Of a stretch of 64,000 bases of DNA, positions 39,173 through 52,220 are shown piece by piece (the stretch's first letter is position 1; every line of letters begins with the position of its first letter). The notes under the pieces were generated by a model. That model worked only from the letters and a program-made list of their open reading frames with translations. It was not told where the DNA came from and ran no database searches. A program made the position numbers and the translations under genes. Source of the stretch: Octopus vulgaris (taxonomy: Eukaryota); NCBI GenBank assembly GCA_951406725.2, contig OX597818.1, positions 38,068,001 to 38,132,000 on the forward strand, given 5' to 3'.

Positions 39173-39715
39173 ATTAATCAAACTCAGAGGAATATGATCA
39201 CATTACTACATCATTTTATTTCTTATGATAAAAGGCGTTTAACTTCCAGAAACTGAATCATTATACCAGAATTTTTATAAAATTCTCAAACTTTTAAAAA
39301 TAGCAGGAAAAAAGAAAGTAATCACACATAATCCAAAGGGTCATCATGACACTGCTGAAAGACTTTAAGCTTCATGTAGCGATTCAAAAGTCAGGAAAGT
39401 CATGGCTGTGTAGTAAGAAGCTCGCTTCCAAACCACATGGTTCCAGGTTCAGTCCCACTGTGTGATACCTCAGGCAAGTGTCTTCTACTATAGACTTAGC
39501 CCAACCAAAGTCTTATAAGTGGTTTTGGTAGACAGAAACTGTAAGAAGCCAGCCATGTATATGTGTGTGTGTGTGTGCCTTTGTGTCTGTATTTTATCAA
39601 CCACTACAGTAAATGCAAGTCTTATCTATGACAGCCTTGTTATGTCAATTGATTAGCTGATAGTTTAACTAAAAGAATGTTAGTGGTACTGGCAAAAAAC
39701 TAGATAATACTTTAA

Positions 39716-39935
39716 CCCTTTTGTTACTAATCCAGCCAAAACCAGCTCTGGCTCTGTGGTAAAATGTCTTGTTTTCATAAGTTTTGAATTAAAATCTTCC
39801 ACCAAGCCTTAGTCACAATTTACACTCCTAACACTAGCTTAACAATAACTAAGTTATTTTACTAAATTCTTTGTTATATTTAAAGTAATTGAAAGAAACA
39901 CAGAGCCTCTCAAAATAAATACAGTAACAAAAGGG
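39716..39935. mobile_element. piggyBac-like MITE
   Basis: TTAA|CCCTTTTG...CAAAAGGG|TTAA. Confidence 0.8.
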
Positions 39936-39939
39936 TTAA

Positions 39940-40527
39940 ACCTTTAGCATTCAAATCAGCCAATATAAATATTCTACCTGTTTCGTGTTCAGACTGGCCA
40001 GATCTGGCCTATACCATCTACCCTATAATATCATTCTAAAAATAAACAATCATCTCATCAAAATTTCAAAGCTGCAAGAAAATGCATGGCTGTGTGGTAA
40101 GTAGCTTGCTTACAAACCACGTGGTTCCGGGTTCAGTCCCACTGCGTGGCACCTTGGGCAAGTGTCATCTACTATAGCCTCGGGCCGACCAAAGCCTTGT
40201 GAGTGGATTTGGTAGACGGAAACTGAAAGAAGCCCGTCGTATATATGCATATATATATGTGTATGTGTGTGTATATGTTTGTGTGTCTGTGTTCGTCCCC
40301 ACCAATATCACTTGACAACCAATGCTGGTGTGTTTACGTCACCGTAACTTAGTGGTTCGGGAAAAGAGACCGATAGAATAAGTACTAGGCTTACAAAGAA
40401 TAAGTCCTGGGGTTGATTTGCTCGACTAAAAGGTGGTGCTCCAGCATGGCCACAGTCAAATGACTGAAACAAGTAAAAGAGAGTAAATAAGTATTACATT
40501 TCACAGAATAATGTGAATGCAAAAGAG
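39940..40527. mobile_element. Second TTAA-flanked MITE family, interrupted by a family-A SINE
   Basis: Begins acctttagcattc after the shared TTAA (39936-39939); ends gaatgcaaaagag|TTAA. Confidence 0.6.
40084..40485 (+). mobile_element. Family-A SINE
   Basis: Full head, centre and tail. Confidence 0.88.
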
Positions 40528-40866
40528 TTAAGCCAATTTGTCAGCAAGTTTATCAAAAAGTATCTCTAAACATATTAATTTGATCGCTATACAAAACAAC
40601 AAAAAATCATAGCAATGGTTTTCTGCAGTAGGCATCAATAAAGAGTGACACCCAAGAGGAAATACTACACTTTTGATAACTAATTCGTAATGACAGTTGC
40701 AGACATTTTGAAACAGACAGCAATCTACTAATACTACTACAACCACTCCCATCACAAGAGAGAGAGAACTAAACAGACAGTCTTGGATATTCCTTACCAA
40801 AGCACAAGGATCAAGTCCAACTACTAAAAGACCCATTCTATCTGGTTATATAACTTATGCTAGCTT

Positions 40867-41281
40867 AAGGCGGCAAGCTGGCAGAAACATTAGCACACCA
40901 GGTGAAATGCATAGCCATATTTCGTCTGCCGTTATGTTCTGAATTCAAATTCCGCCGAGGTCGACTTTGCCTTTCATCCTTTCGGGATCGATAAATTAAG
41001 TACCAGTTACACACTGGGGTCGATGTAATCGACTTAATCCATGTGTCTGTCCTTGTTTGTCCCCTCTGTGTTTAGCCCCTTGTGGGTAGTAAAGAAATAG
41101 GTATTTCGTCTGTCGTTACGTTCTGAGTTCAAATTCCACCGAGGTCGACTTTGCCTTTCATCCTTTCGGGGTCAATAAATAAAGTACGAGTTTCGCACTG
41201 GGGTCGATGTAATTGACAATCCCTTTGCCTGTCCTTGTTTGTCCCCTCTATGTTTAGCCCCTTGTGGGTAGTAAAGAAATA
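40867..41281 (+). mobile_element. Family-B SINE dimer with 20-bp TSD
   Basis: Full unit, then a second unit starting at gtatttcgtctg (41102); tatataacttatgctagctt at 40847-40866 and 41282-41301. Confidence 0.88.
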
Positions 41282-42702
41282 TATATAACTTATGCTAGCT
41301 TCGTAATAAAAGAGGGAAGCTAGTTTCTTCTTACGACAGTATTAATTGCAAGCTCTATATTTTGATACAGAGTTATCAAATACAACTTAAAATCTGAAGA
41401 ACATTTGACATAAACAATGAAGCATTTGGAAACTAAATTATGGAAGTGAGCACTTTACATTAATTGAAGTTGAAGAGAAAAAAAACATCACACACACACA
41501 TTTATATGTCAGCTAAAATAAATTTTAATTAGTTCTTATTTCATTTCTTCATATGGTGTTAATGTTATGTCCATCCATTTAACAGACATAGTATCAATAG
41601 TACAAGAAAAATACATATACAGGATGCTGACACAACTATTCACAAAGCTAGCAGTTTGTATTAATTAATGATTCAAGTCAACAAATTCACAGAATCTGGC
41701 AAAAGCAAACCTCATTATATAAAATTCATTTCCAAAACTAGTTCTTTGCTTTTATGTATGTCTGAATATTTTAATTAAAGCTCAGATCAACTTTCATTTT
41801 TAATTCTAAAATGTCTTGAGTGAACAGATTAAATGTACAATTCTGATAGAAGACAAATTACTGTTATAGGATTACCAGTTCATGCATCTTGAATTCAAAT
41901 CTCTTGCAAATATTTTGTTGTATCTCTGCAGATGCTACAGTTTGCTTACATGACAGAAATAAATATTGACTCGTCTGGTAAATGTAACCTATAACAGAGC
42001 TAACTGTTGATTTAGGAGCAAAAGAAACTTTACAATAAAAATTCTTCAAAAATTAGTAATATTATATTTAATTATTAATGCAATGCAGAGGTTGCCAGAG
42101 GTGGGGCAGTTACATGAAAATTAACTTCATGAGTGGAAAAATAATTTTAATTCAAAACATTTTTTAAAAGTTATTGCTTTAAAAAATAAACACCAAATAA
42201 CCGGAGCTAAAAAATTTGGTTTACATCTGACCATTAGATAAGTAAAATATGTGTTTATGTATAGATAACATTTTGCCTTAGAGGTAGCATAAACCCCCAT
42301 TCCACACTGAAGAGAAAGAGTTGAGGAATACTGTAGTAATCTGATAATTTGATAAATGAGGAAAAAACAGATTTGACAGAATATATTAGTGCACAGAGCA
42401 TAATGCCATTAATGACTTTTCATTTTAAGTTTAATTTAAATTGATTACAAATTATTTTTGGCTCACTATATTAAGTATATTAGTGAACACTTAAAGTTAG
42501 CTATGCTTTCTATGCAAAGGTTTCTCTGAGAAGTTTAACAAAGTCAAACCATAATTGTCTAGGTCATTGCTGAAGTGTCACTGACAGTGTCTGGGAATCA
42601 TAATATTAAGATGAATGGATGGGTGGATGGGTGGGACAAACCATCAAATTAAAACTGACTTCTGGTGACCTTGTGGAATATCCACATCCACAAGGATTTC
42701 CA

Positions 42703-42918
42703 ACATTAGCACGCCAGACAAAATGCTTAGCGGTATTTTGTCTGCCGTTACGTTCTGGGTTCAAATTCCGCCACGGTCGACTTTGCCTTTCATCCTTTCG
42801 GGGTAGATAAATTAAGTACCAGTTACGCACTGGTGTTGATGTAATCAACTTAATCCCTTTGTCTGTCCTTGTTTGTCCTCTCTGTGTTTAGCCCCTTGTG
42901 GGTAGTAAAGTAATAGGT
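42703..42918 (+). mobile_element. Family-B SINE
   Basis: Slightly 5'-truncated copy ending gtaaagtaatagg. Confidence 0.85.
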
Positions 42919-44008
42919 TAGCCATTAAACTTCCACAGGAATTCAATTTTTTCCCATAGAATGATAAAATTCTTTGTTCATCTAACAAGCTTTCACGTCG
43001 TTTCCATTCAACAAATTTCACTCATCACAGTGGGACTGAAGCCACAATCATATGGCTGTGAAGCAAACATCTAAATGACATAGACATGCCTGAGCCTGTA
43101 TCAAGATACCATACAATGGCTATTGTATTTACAACAATAATCCATTAGAATATACATGGGTCCCTCCAAAATACAAGCCATTGCTCAGTTTAACAACTCT
43201 TTATTTTGCACTAACTACCTTGAAAACTCTGCTTTCCCATTCTGAATATTATTTTATCAGCTTCCATTTGAAAATCCACTCCCAAAATAGATGAGTTTAT
43301 ATAACTGGACGAAACCATCTAGAATGTAAATACAAATATTATTGGTATTTTTATATTCAAATAAAGCCCCTTGGGTGCCTTTAGGGGAAATCATTCTGTT
43401 GCAAACATATGGGCTAGGTCTTTGACTTAAGAACTTCTTCCCTTCCCACCATTCTACGACACCCAGAAATAGAATCACAGGCACTGATCTTTCTCCTATG
43501 ATAAAACCTATGTATATAAAAATAGTTTTAACAGTGTTCTAAACATCACTCCAAAAGATATTCTTTTCTAATAGAGAGAGCCTTAGTAAGAGAATTTAAC
43601 TATATAACCACAAGAAATTAGGTAAGGTATTTGCTAATAAGAATTTTCAGATAGGAAAAGTGTATCTCATTATAATATGGAAACCAAACTCAAAGTCAAA
43701 TAGGTGAGTTGACTACATAAAGGCAGATATTCAAAGCCTGGAGGTAGTGAGCCATGAACAAAGTATGAATTTGAAGTTTGCACCACTCATATCAATAATC
43801 AATAACAACATTCTATTTGACGGTGAGGTTTACTTCAAAAATATTGAAAATTCAACATCAAAAAGATGTATATATATATATATATATATATATTGCATCA
43901 AAGACTTGTTAGCTATTTTGTGTGTGTGTGTGTTTACAACTACATCTATCTTTTTTCACAAATTAAACGTGTTGCAAGTAAATCAGTGTGTGTGTGTGTG
44001 TGTGTGTG

Positions 44009-44053
<45 letters not shown>

Positions 44054-44054
44054 T

Positions 44055-44414
44055 CATCATTCAGCGACTGTTTTTCATGCTAGCATGGAAAAGACAGTTT
44101 GACTGGAGCTGGTAAGCTGGAGAGCTGCACCAGGCTCCAATCTTGATCTGGCAGAGTTTCTACAGCTGGATGCCCTTCCTTATGCCAACCACTCCATGAA
44201 TGTAGTGGTTGCTTTTTACATGCCACCAGCACAGGTGCCAGGTGAGGCTGGCAACGGCCATGATTCGTTGGTGCTTTTTACATGCCACTGGCATGGAAGC
44301 CAGTCAAGGTGGCGCTGGCATTGGCCACGTTCAGATGGTGCTTTTGACGTGCCACCGGCACAGGTATCACAACTACAATTTCCATTTGATTTTTTGATGT
44401 TGATGTACTTGACT

Positions 44415-44415
<1 letters not shown>
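44055..44415 (-). mobile_element. RTE-LINE 3' end
   Basis: Terminus plus internal repeats, extending to caactacaatttccatttga as at 48035. Confidence 0.8.
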
Positions 44416-44449
<34 letters not shown>

Positions 44450-44463
44450 AAACTAATTTAAAG

Positions 44464-44696
44464 AAGAACCACCATTCCACAACTCAGTCAATGAAGAATC
44501 CTTCCAAAACCATGCTGTGAGACATATACCATACAAAATACTAATCTAAAATTTTAATAATATATAATATTGAACAGTAAGAACCACCATTCCACAACTC
44601 AGTCAATGAAGAATCCTTCCAAAACCATGCTGTGAGACATATACCATACAAAATACTAATCTAAAATTTTAATAATATATAATATTGAACAGTAAG
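44464..44696 (+). repeat. Near-perfect ~116-bp tandem duplication
   Basis: gaaccaccattccacaactcagtc...ttgaacagtaa occurs twice in direct succession. Confidence 0.9.
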
Positions 44697-44904
44697 GTTA
44701 TTACAATCATATAATATATAAGAGCAAACACTTTTAAAATCACAGCGAATACCATACAAAGAAACATTCATCACAAAATATTAATCTAAAATCAAATAAA
44801 GTATAAATTGAACAATAAAAAGTAATACAATAATATAATGTATAAAAGTAAGTACTTGTACATCGACTATGCGTGTTTCATGGCAGAATTAGGACTATAT
44901 AAAA

Positions 44905-45595
44905 TCTTATATATATATAAAACTGAGAATGTGTGTCTGTCTGTGTGTTTCCCTAAAACTTGAGAACTACACAACCAATTTCATTCAAATTTTACACATG
45001 CCTTACTTAGAGTCCGGGGAGTGTCATCGACAAAAGAAATGTTCAACTTTTTGCCTAGGGTGTGCCCACAGCAATATCATATCTTCTCCACTACGATTCC
45101 CTAAAACTCAAGAACTACACAACCAATTTCATTCAAATTTTACACATGCCTTACTTTGGGTCCATGTAGTTACATGGGCAAAATAAATGTTCAACTTCTT
45201 GCCTAGAGCAAGCCCATAGTAATATCATATCTTCTCCACTATTTCAGTATTACGTGTTAAAAGTGAAACAAAAACATTTCTCTATTTTATGTCAGATGCT
45301 TTCACTTTAACAATAAAAATAATAATAACAATTGAATTATATGTCGTAAGTAATAATTAAAATCAAACTAAAGTATAATATAATCGTAACATAACAAAAG
45401 TAAAAATAGCAATTGGTATAAAATTGCATCAAGGATTTGAACTTGAATAAGTGGTTTCACATGAATGGAGGTAAATTAAAAATAAAATTAGCGTGCAGAA
45501 ATGGAAGTCCTACAATTCCAGTCTGTTATATATTTTCAGTATTGTTATCACTAGCGATATCAAGATATAACTTTGTATTTTGTATTTTATGTGTA

Positions 45596-45633
<38 letters not shown>

Positions 45634-45714
45634 TAGATGTACATGTACACATATATATACACATATATACATGCACTAGCACTATGACCCGGCAAAGACG
45701 GGTCATAATGCTAG
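44905..45714 (+). mobile_element. Non-autonomous Helitron
   Basis: A|TCTTATATATATATAAAACTGAGAATGTGTGTCTGTCTG 5' end; internal ~150-bp duplication; perfect hairpin TATGACCCG-gcaaaga-CGGGTCATA (45683-45707), then CTAG|T. Confidence 0.85.
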
Positions 45715-46128
45715 TATATATATATATATATATACATATACATACTACTAAGATTACACACAAACCAAAGTGATGGGGTTCAGAAAAATACAAATCAAAT
45801 AAGATCTGAAAAGCATTGAAGTATAATTATTGGAGAAAAGAAAATTAGGAGCACTAAATATTTTAAACAGTATCAATCATTCTTGATGAAATAATTTCTT
45901 AAAAACATTCTAATTAGATTGAATAGTCATATGAAATGAAGACAAACAGGATTTCCTTTACTAGCAACACAGTAATACAATATCAGATGGGTATGTATGG
46001 TAGTTACTTTTTTAAAATAAACATGAAAGATAAGAATGGTTTAGCTATCAGATTAATACAGAGGAAAAGAGAGAGATTACTATAGAAATCCTATATGTTA
46101 CAAGAAACAACCTCACAAATATATACGC

Positions 46129-46162
<34 letters not shown>

Positions 46163-47560
46163 TCTAAGAATTTACTGAAGTGTTGAATAAGTATTTATTC
46201 ATAAGCATCAAATTCTAAAGAGCAACCTAAAGAGAGATTTGTATGGAATGGAATAAGTATAGTACACTGCACTTAAATATTATTTTCACATGCAAAAAAA
46301 TTTTTTGAAATATATCTATTAGTCATTCTAAGGTCTTGGTAGTGATGAGTACACTTTGTGGAGAGGGGCTAGAAGGCTTTGCTGAGGAAGTCTGGTTACA
46401 TAAAAACATGTCTAGAGTTGTCAACATAGCAGCTAAACATCACACTCACCCCTCTTCACTGCATATTATTATTTAATATTTGCTCAATCAAAACATCAGA
46501 AATTTTCTCCCTTGTCCCTTTTGAGAATAATTTTTATTTATGATAATGATTTTTCTTCTTAGAGTTATTTCTCAACTGAATAAACATTATTTTTAGCTCA
46601 GCACTTTAAGTATGATTGTCTGAACTTAGCTACATAGAACAAGATTTGATTACTTTTAAGTATACACCAAGCCTCAGATTTATAGAAGAATGAAAATGTA
46701 ATGTTTATACACTTCTCCAAAAAAGAAATGTTTTGAAATGAGAATCAAAATTAGGGTCACTGAAGTAACTAGAGGTTACTACTTTCAAGTTACCAGATAT
46801 AATTAAACAACAAAAGTCTACTTGAAGCTTATAAGTTCATAAACTGGAGCTTATCTATATTTTCAGGGCTGAGAATACAAGACTCTTCCTTCTGAATGGT
46901 ATGTCAATCCATTTTTTTAGTAGAGTGCACTGAAGCAGCGTCAAATGAAGTGACATGCTCAAGGACACAGTGCCCTATCTATTCCAAGAATTTAACCCAC
47001 AGCCTAACAACCATAAGCCTAACACCTAACCATTAAGTCACGGGACTTTACTAAATAAAAAGAATAACAGAAATGCCCTACCTATTGACCAAAGTAACTC
47101 TGCCCACTGTTACAGAGCAAAGTGATGAAAGAAAAAACTGATTAAATGTTTCTGCAAGATTGCATCATACAACTTAAAGTTTGAGGGCTTCCAATAAGAA
47201 TCACCTTCTCCAATGACATGTAAGTTAACCATGAGCATTTTAGAATGGTGCAAAGCTTCTTAGATGTATGTTAGTTATTAAAAATTGTGACAGTGAGCAA
47301 CTGACAATCTCCATTTAATGCCAACTACTAAAACATGATACTAGCACAAAAACTGTCAAGTTCACTTTATCACCATATTCATTTAGTACAAAGTTCTATG
47401 ACTGAATGCTTTTCCTGTCACCAACCCTCAACTGCTTCCAAGTGAGTTAACATTTTCTCGTGATCAGACATGCCTCAGATGACCAGAAATGAGGAACCCT
47501 ACTTGCATGACAATGACACTTGCTTACAACTATCACAAAATGTCAAGGCAAGAAGACAGT

Positions 47561-47630
<70 letters not shown>

Positions 47631-47865
47631 CTCATATATAAGATGTAAATGGAATTTTTTAAATCCAGGCAGATATCAATAAAGCATTCAGTGTTAAATG
47701 AGCTTGGTTAACTAAATCCAACAATAAGATACTAATAAATGCAAGTAGAATAACCATCCCAGGTAATTTCTCATGTATGACAAGTTTAGAAGAATTTCAA
47801 GAAATTTGGAGTATAACAAAAATAAGAATGGAGAAAATCACATACTTTTACTTAAAGTATCAAAA

Positions 47866-48565
47866 CGAGTGTAATGGGTGCTTTTTACATGCCACCAGCA
47901 CAGGGGCCGGAGGAGGCTGACAATGGCCACGATTGGTTGATGCATTTTACGTGCCACTGGCACGGAAGCCAAGGCAGTGCTGGCATCAGCCACGTTCAGA
48001 TGGTGTTTTTCACGTGCCACCAGCATGGGTATCACAACTACAATTTCCATTTGATTTTCATTTTGATGTTAATGCACTTGACTCAACAGGTCTCCTCAAG
48101 CACAGCAGGTTGCCCTACAATCCAAAGTACTTTTGAATGGGCTGGGGCTGGATATGTGAAACTGATGTAGGATACAGCCATGAACTCACTTTATTTGCTG
48201 AGTCTTTGCAGTCACAGCATATCTCCAGAGGTCTTGGTCTTTCGTCATTGCCTCTGTGAGGCCCAACATTCAAAGGTCATGCTTCACTACCTCATCCCAT
48301 GTCTTCCTAGGTCTACCTCTACCCCGGATTCCTTCAACTATTTGAGAGTGGCACTTCTTCACATAGCTCTCCTCATCCATCCATAGTACATGACCATACC
48401 AGCGCAAACATCTCTCTTGCACGCCATATCCGATGCTTCTTATGTACAACATTTCTCTCAGGGTGCTTACACTTTGTCGTGTGTGCACACTGACATTACA
48501 CATCCAGCGGATCATGCTAGCTTCATTTCTTTCAAGCCTGATCATGTCCTTCGCTGTCACAGCTC
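47866..48565 (-). mobile_element. RTE LINE: ORF C-terminus plus 3' UTR repeats
   Basis: ORF 48270..48560 RLERNEASMIRWMCNV..LRWYGHV...GRGRPRKTW.EVVK.DL runs into the same ggtgctttttacgtgcc-type repeats found in all (GAT)n-tailed copies. Confidence 0.9.
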
Positions 48566-50148
48566 ATGTATCTTTTCAAGTACCTGATTCTATGTGAATC
48601 TTCATTTTACTGTGTGTGTGTCTGTACACACATAATAGGCTTCTTTCAGTTTCTGTCCACTAAATCCACAAGGCTTCGGTTGGGACAAGGCTATAGTAGA
48701 AGACACTTGCCCAAGGTGTCGGTTGGGACAAGGCTATAGTAGAAGACACTTGCCCAAGGTGTCACACAATGAGACTGAACCTGAAACCACATGGCTGAGA
48801 AGTATACTTCTTACCAAACAGCAATGCGTGAATATGAAATTTTAAATAGAATTCATACACTACATGAGGTATATGAACTATAGAGTTTATATACATGAAG
48901 TAGAGGTTAAAGACTAAGGACAAAGGATCTAGTTCAAGGCATTAGTCTCTACTACATCTCATGACATAACATATACCTCTTTAGTATTTCCTTTCAAGCT
49001 TAACATGACTTGGATACTGGACCAGTGGGATTACTTCTAATTAATCTCAGGGTGGAAGGCTTGGGAAAGATTATTGTTACTGTATTACCCCAGTCAGTTA
49101 CTGCATAGATCTGCTCAAGCAGAAATGACAGAGCAAACAAACACCTATGGTAACAGCAACAACATGGATTATTATATGAATAAATATTAAGCAAAAGCAG
49201 CTGTCAAAATAGGATGTTTCAGGCCTCTCCATGCCTTCCTGGTATGAAGAATCAGATATAAAAGCAATGGTGATGTTGAAAGTGGCAGAAATTTTTAAAG
49301 GATTTGAATATTTTGTGTATGTTTTATATGCTAATATATGTATGTATATAGTGTGTGTATTTACTTATATTTATATATATGTGTGTGCATCCATATGTAT
49401 AAATTTGCAGATATGTGTGTGGTTTTGTATATATTTCTTTGTGTGTGTGTGTGTGTGTGTGTTTATATTTATGAACATGTGTGTATCCATATATATATAA
49501 ATTTGCATACAGGTCTACGTGGTTTTGTTTATATCTGTGTGTAGTGGGGAGGGGGGTACATCCACATGTGTGTGTTCAAGTGGGTTCTTTTTTTTTTCTC
49601 ACTAACAAGTCAGAAGAGAAGCAATGGGCATGGCGTTTTGCTGGACCTCCCAGACAGGTAAGATTTATGTCACTAATAATCAGCTTTGGCTTCTGTAGTT
49701 TGGTGCCTCTAGCTGAAACATAGAGGAGGAATAAATTCCAGATGGCTAAAAACTCTGAGGATAATAATTAGGATATGGTTTGAGGTATGAGATACATTCA
49801 AGGTGATGAAAACGGAAAAGAAGTGGGCCAGGGTAGAGGTAGTAAGTATCCGAATAATTCTAATAAACGTAAGGTTTTGTAGATGAGCCAGAAAAGGCAG
49901 AGAAAAGAAAAAAGAAACATCTGTAAGGTAGAGGTTGTAATGTGTTGTTGAGTGAATCTGTTCCAGTCAACTAGATATTGTTCTTTTGGAGAGTTCTAGA
50001 ATATTTGTGTGTGTACGTCTATCTATGCATAACAGAAGAACCATGCCCTATATGTAAGCTGTATGGCAATGTGGGTCACCTTCCTGCTCTGTAAAAGCTC
50101 AGCAACTAATGTAAGTTGAAGTACTGGGAAAAAAGTTTAGATAATAAC

Positions 50149-50184
<36 letters not shown>

Positions 50185-50187
50185 TAA

Positions 50188-50247
<60 letters not shown>

Positions 50248-50248
<1 letters not shown>

Positions 50249-50410
50249 TACAGAAAATTGCACTACTAGGCACTGCACACATCCTACGCAGAACACTTTC
50301 CATACAATAACCATCAGAGCATCACAACAAATCACAGCACATACCCAAGGCACACAGAGCTGCGCTCAGTAGTGAAGTGAAAGCACGCTATAAAAATAAA
50401 AATAAAACTA

Positions 50411-50413
<3 letters not shown>
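50248..50413 (+). mobile_element. R4/Dong-like LINE 3' end inserted in a (TAA)n microsatellite
   Basis: IQKIALLGTAHILRRTLSIQ* between two long (AAT)n tracts; Dong-type elements are known to target (TAA)n. Confidence 0.8.
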
Positions 50414-50449
<36 letters not shown>

Positions 50450-50922
50450 TTAGTAATTAATAATTTATTCATGTTTTTTAATAATTGCTTGCATTCTTAT
50501 TTTATATGCGTAGAATAATATGCTATATGTATGTATGTTATTATAATTATCATTTTAATAAGTAAATAAGTTAACATTTTAATGTCCTAAAGTTGATGAA
50601 CCAAATATTGTGCTTCTCCATTTTCTTATTTGCAATATATATATATATATATATATATGCACATGGACACACACACACACACAAATACATATAATACTGC
50701 TCTGAGAAATCGTCAGATATTGAGGCATAACATTTTGTAATGGGTAGGATTTTGGGGATTCTGTGAATGAGACACAAAGTCAGAGAGAAAGTGAGAGAGA
50801 AACCAAGAGTGGCAGGAAGAGAGATTCCCTTCATAATTAGTTATGACCACTCACATGGTGATGTAAAAGACCCAAATAGGTTAGAGTGTGCACATTATAT
50901 ATATGTGTGTGTGTGGGTGCAC

Positions 50923-50984
<62 letters not shown>

Positions 50985-51884
50985 TTATATGGGTACAGCT
51001 GAATGTATATAGATGCAGGGTTATATAGATGGATAAATGTTTATATTTATGTAAGGATATATATGTGTATGTGTATTGCTGTATGTCTATGGGTAATTGC
51101 ATACGTGCTGGTGCTGGGGTCATATATAAACATATATATACAAATGTGTGTGTATGTGTGCTGCGTGTTGAGAGAGAAAGAATCAGTTTGTGTGTGGTAT
51201 GTGTGTATGCATGTGTGAACATTGATTGAGATATAAAATATAATCTACTTAGTCAAGTGTGTATAGGAATTTGGCAGGAAGTTATGCTTCTCAAAAGTAA
51301 TCTTGGAAATTAGCGATGAAAATCATCATCACTATAAGTACCAGCATCTAACATCATAGCCACCACTTCCTGTCACTACAACTACCAGCACAAAAACCAA
51401 CCATTACCAATGCCATCATCATCTTCTTCACACAGCCACCCCCACTATCACCACTACCATCATCACTATTTTCATCACCATAGCACTGCTGTTAATTTCT
51501 TTGCTATATTTTATTTTTACAAGAAATTTAACACATCATTAAAAAAATGACACAGGAAAGAGACTCCATAGTAGGATTGTCTAATAATGATGAAAACTGG
51601 GGAAATTCTTTAAATCACTGAGTTGTCAAATGTGGAAGGAATAACAGAAAAGATATACCATTAAGTAACATACTGAAGGATGTGGGAGTGGAGGTGATGA
51701 CAATGATGACATCTGGATGATAAACTCAACATGTGCTGTAGTAAATGTGTGTTCAGCAGTCTGACTTTGGGTATAGAGATTAGAGAAAGTGTCTGAACAC
51801 AAACGCTAGTACATTTCCTATTGGTAGAATTGCTGAAGCATCAAACTGCCTCACACTTTTAGTAGTAGCCTGTTATGTTCCGAG

Positions 51885-52220
51885 TTCAACTCTCACCAAG
51901 GTCAACTTTGCCTTTCATATTTCCAGGATCAATAAAATAAAGCACTAATAATGTATCAGGACCGATTTAATCAATATACCAATCCTTAAAATTAGGGGTC
52001 TTAGGCCCATGTTAAAAATCAATATTATAAATCTAGTTGATAGTTGTAAAATGATCAACTCTCACCAAGGTCAACTTTGCCTTTCAACCTTCCAGGATCA
52101 ATAAAATAAAGCACTAATAATGTATCAGGACTGATTTAATCAATATACCAATCCTTAAAATTAGGGGTCTTAAGCCTATGTTAAAAATCAATATTATAAA
52201 TCTAGTTGATACTTGTAAAG
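51885..52220 (+). repeat. ~170-bp tandem duplication of a diverged family-B SINE body plus flank
   Basis: tcaactctcaccaaggtcaactttgcc...aatctagttgata repeated. Confidence 0.85.

Noticed and set aside
41932-41977. Plus-strand exon-like segment MLQFAYMTEINIDSS containing the CRTAP-like word LQFAY
   Set aside because: Wrong strand for the leprecan gene, only 46 nt, flanking residues do not match; probably chance.
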